Positions 63,708 through 64,000 of a DNA stretch of 64,000 nt are shown one piece after another. The stretch's first letter is position 1, and every line of letters begins with the position of its first letter. The stretch comes from a virus. The DNA lies in the IMG/VR virus record IMGVR_UViG_3300023096_000001, positions 6,134-70,133 of that record; one strand, 5' to 3'. The notes under the pieces were generated by a model. The model saw only the letters and a program-made list of their open reading frames with translations. It did not search any database and was not told where the DNA came from. The position numbers were made by a program, and so were the translations under genes.

Positions 63708-63746
63708 TTGTAAGTCGAATGCTAAGAGGCGTGCCCAGTATCTTTA
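63708..63746 (+). promoter_or_regulatory. putative late promoter TTGTAAGTCGAA-N19-TATCTTTA
   Basis: second copy of the motif. Confidence 0.6.
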
Positions 63747-63768
63747 AACTGTTAACTGCGATTTTATT

Positions 63769-64000
63769 ATGATATCACCCGATTTCTCTATTGTACAGGC
63801 TGAATGTGATGAGCTTACCTTCGAAGACATTACGCCTGCATATTCCCCACGGACTCCCTGGGGTTATGGCGCGATCAATACAGATGCGGCAGATATTGTG
63901 AAAACAGAGATTTCGCTTGACTTTGGCATCAACGGCTATTATAAATTCGAGCGGCAGTGGAATCAAACACAAGGTCCTTGGACGATTCACGCTTATGATA
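63769..64000 (+). CDS. probable virion/tail protein, partial
   Basis: Read by hand: MISPDFSIVQAECDELTFEDITPAYSPRTPWGYG...; open to window edge. Confidence 0.55.
   Translation, partial: MISPDFSIVQAECDELTFEDITPAYSPRTPWGYGAINTDAADIVKTEISLDFGINGYYKFERQWNQTQGPWTIHAYD

Noticed and set aside
33710-63990. Numerous antisense or alternative-frame ORFs in the track over the virion genes
   Set aside because: Fully overlap long, well-supported CDSs and show no motifs
1-64000. Alternative genetic code (TAG/TGA recoding, known in some crAss-like phages)
   Set aside because: Long genes up to 2383 aa are uninterrupted in code 11, and genes abut with normal stop/start overlaps
1-64000. Integrase, att site, group I/II introns, inteins, DGR reverse transcriptase
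   Set aside because: No matching motifs; TerL, MCP and portal are uninterrupted and of ordinary length

Overview
The whole window is part of a lytic-looking or possibly temperate dsDNA podovirus of Bacteroidota, probably Cytophagales. It has a crAss-like (Crassvirales-related) virion module and uses the standard genetic code. No tRNA, rRNA, CRISPR array, integrase, DNA polymerase, primase, helicase or virion RNA polymerase signature was seen. Layout: (1) 1-21.4 kb, leftward early/middle small genes (HU, SSB-like, HNH, KilAC antirepressor, wHTH Rep-like protein, ArdA, C5-MTase-like, host-like surface proteins) driven by Bacteroidota TAnnTTTG promoters. (2) 21.4-23.3 kb, a strand-switch region with a convergent GAAAAGG(G/T) repeat array around one RepL-like gene and next to a second, a probable origin. 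(3) 23.3-26.3 kb, short rightward genes. (4) 26.4-33.6 kb, a leftward operon ending in a self-promoted small PxCP-C protein plus multi-pass membrane protein pair. (5) 33.7-64 kb, rightward virion genes: portal, putative TerS, ring proteins, muzzle, three ejection/cargo proteins, a dual-specificity phosphatase, two reverse-strand genes (stand-alone TyrRS-type S4 domain, DnaA domain IV-like), scaffold, major capsid, accessory capsid proteins and TerL. Family assignments come from motif recognition by eye, without database searches.
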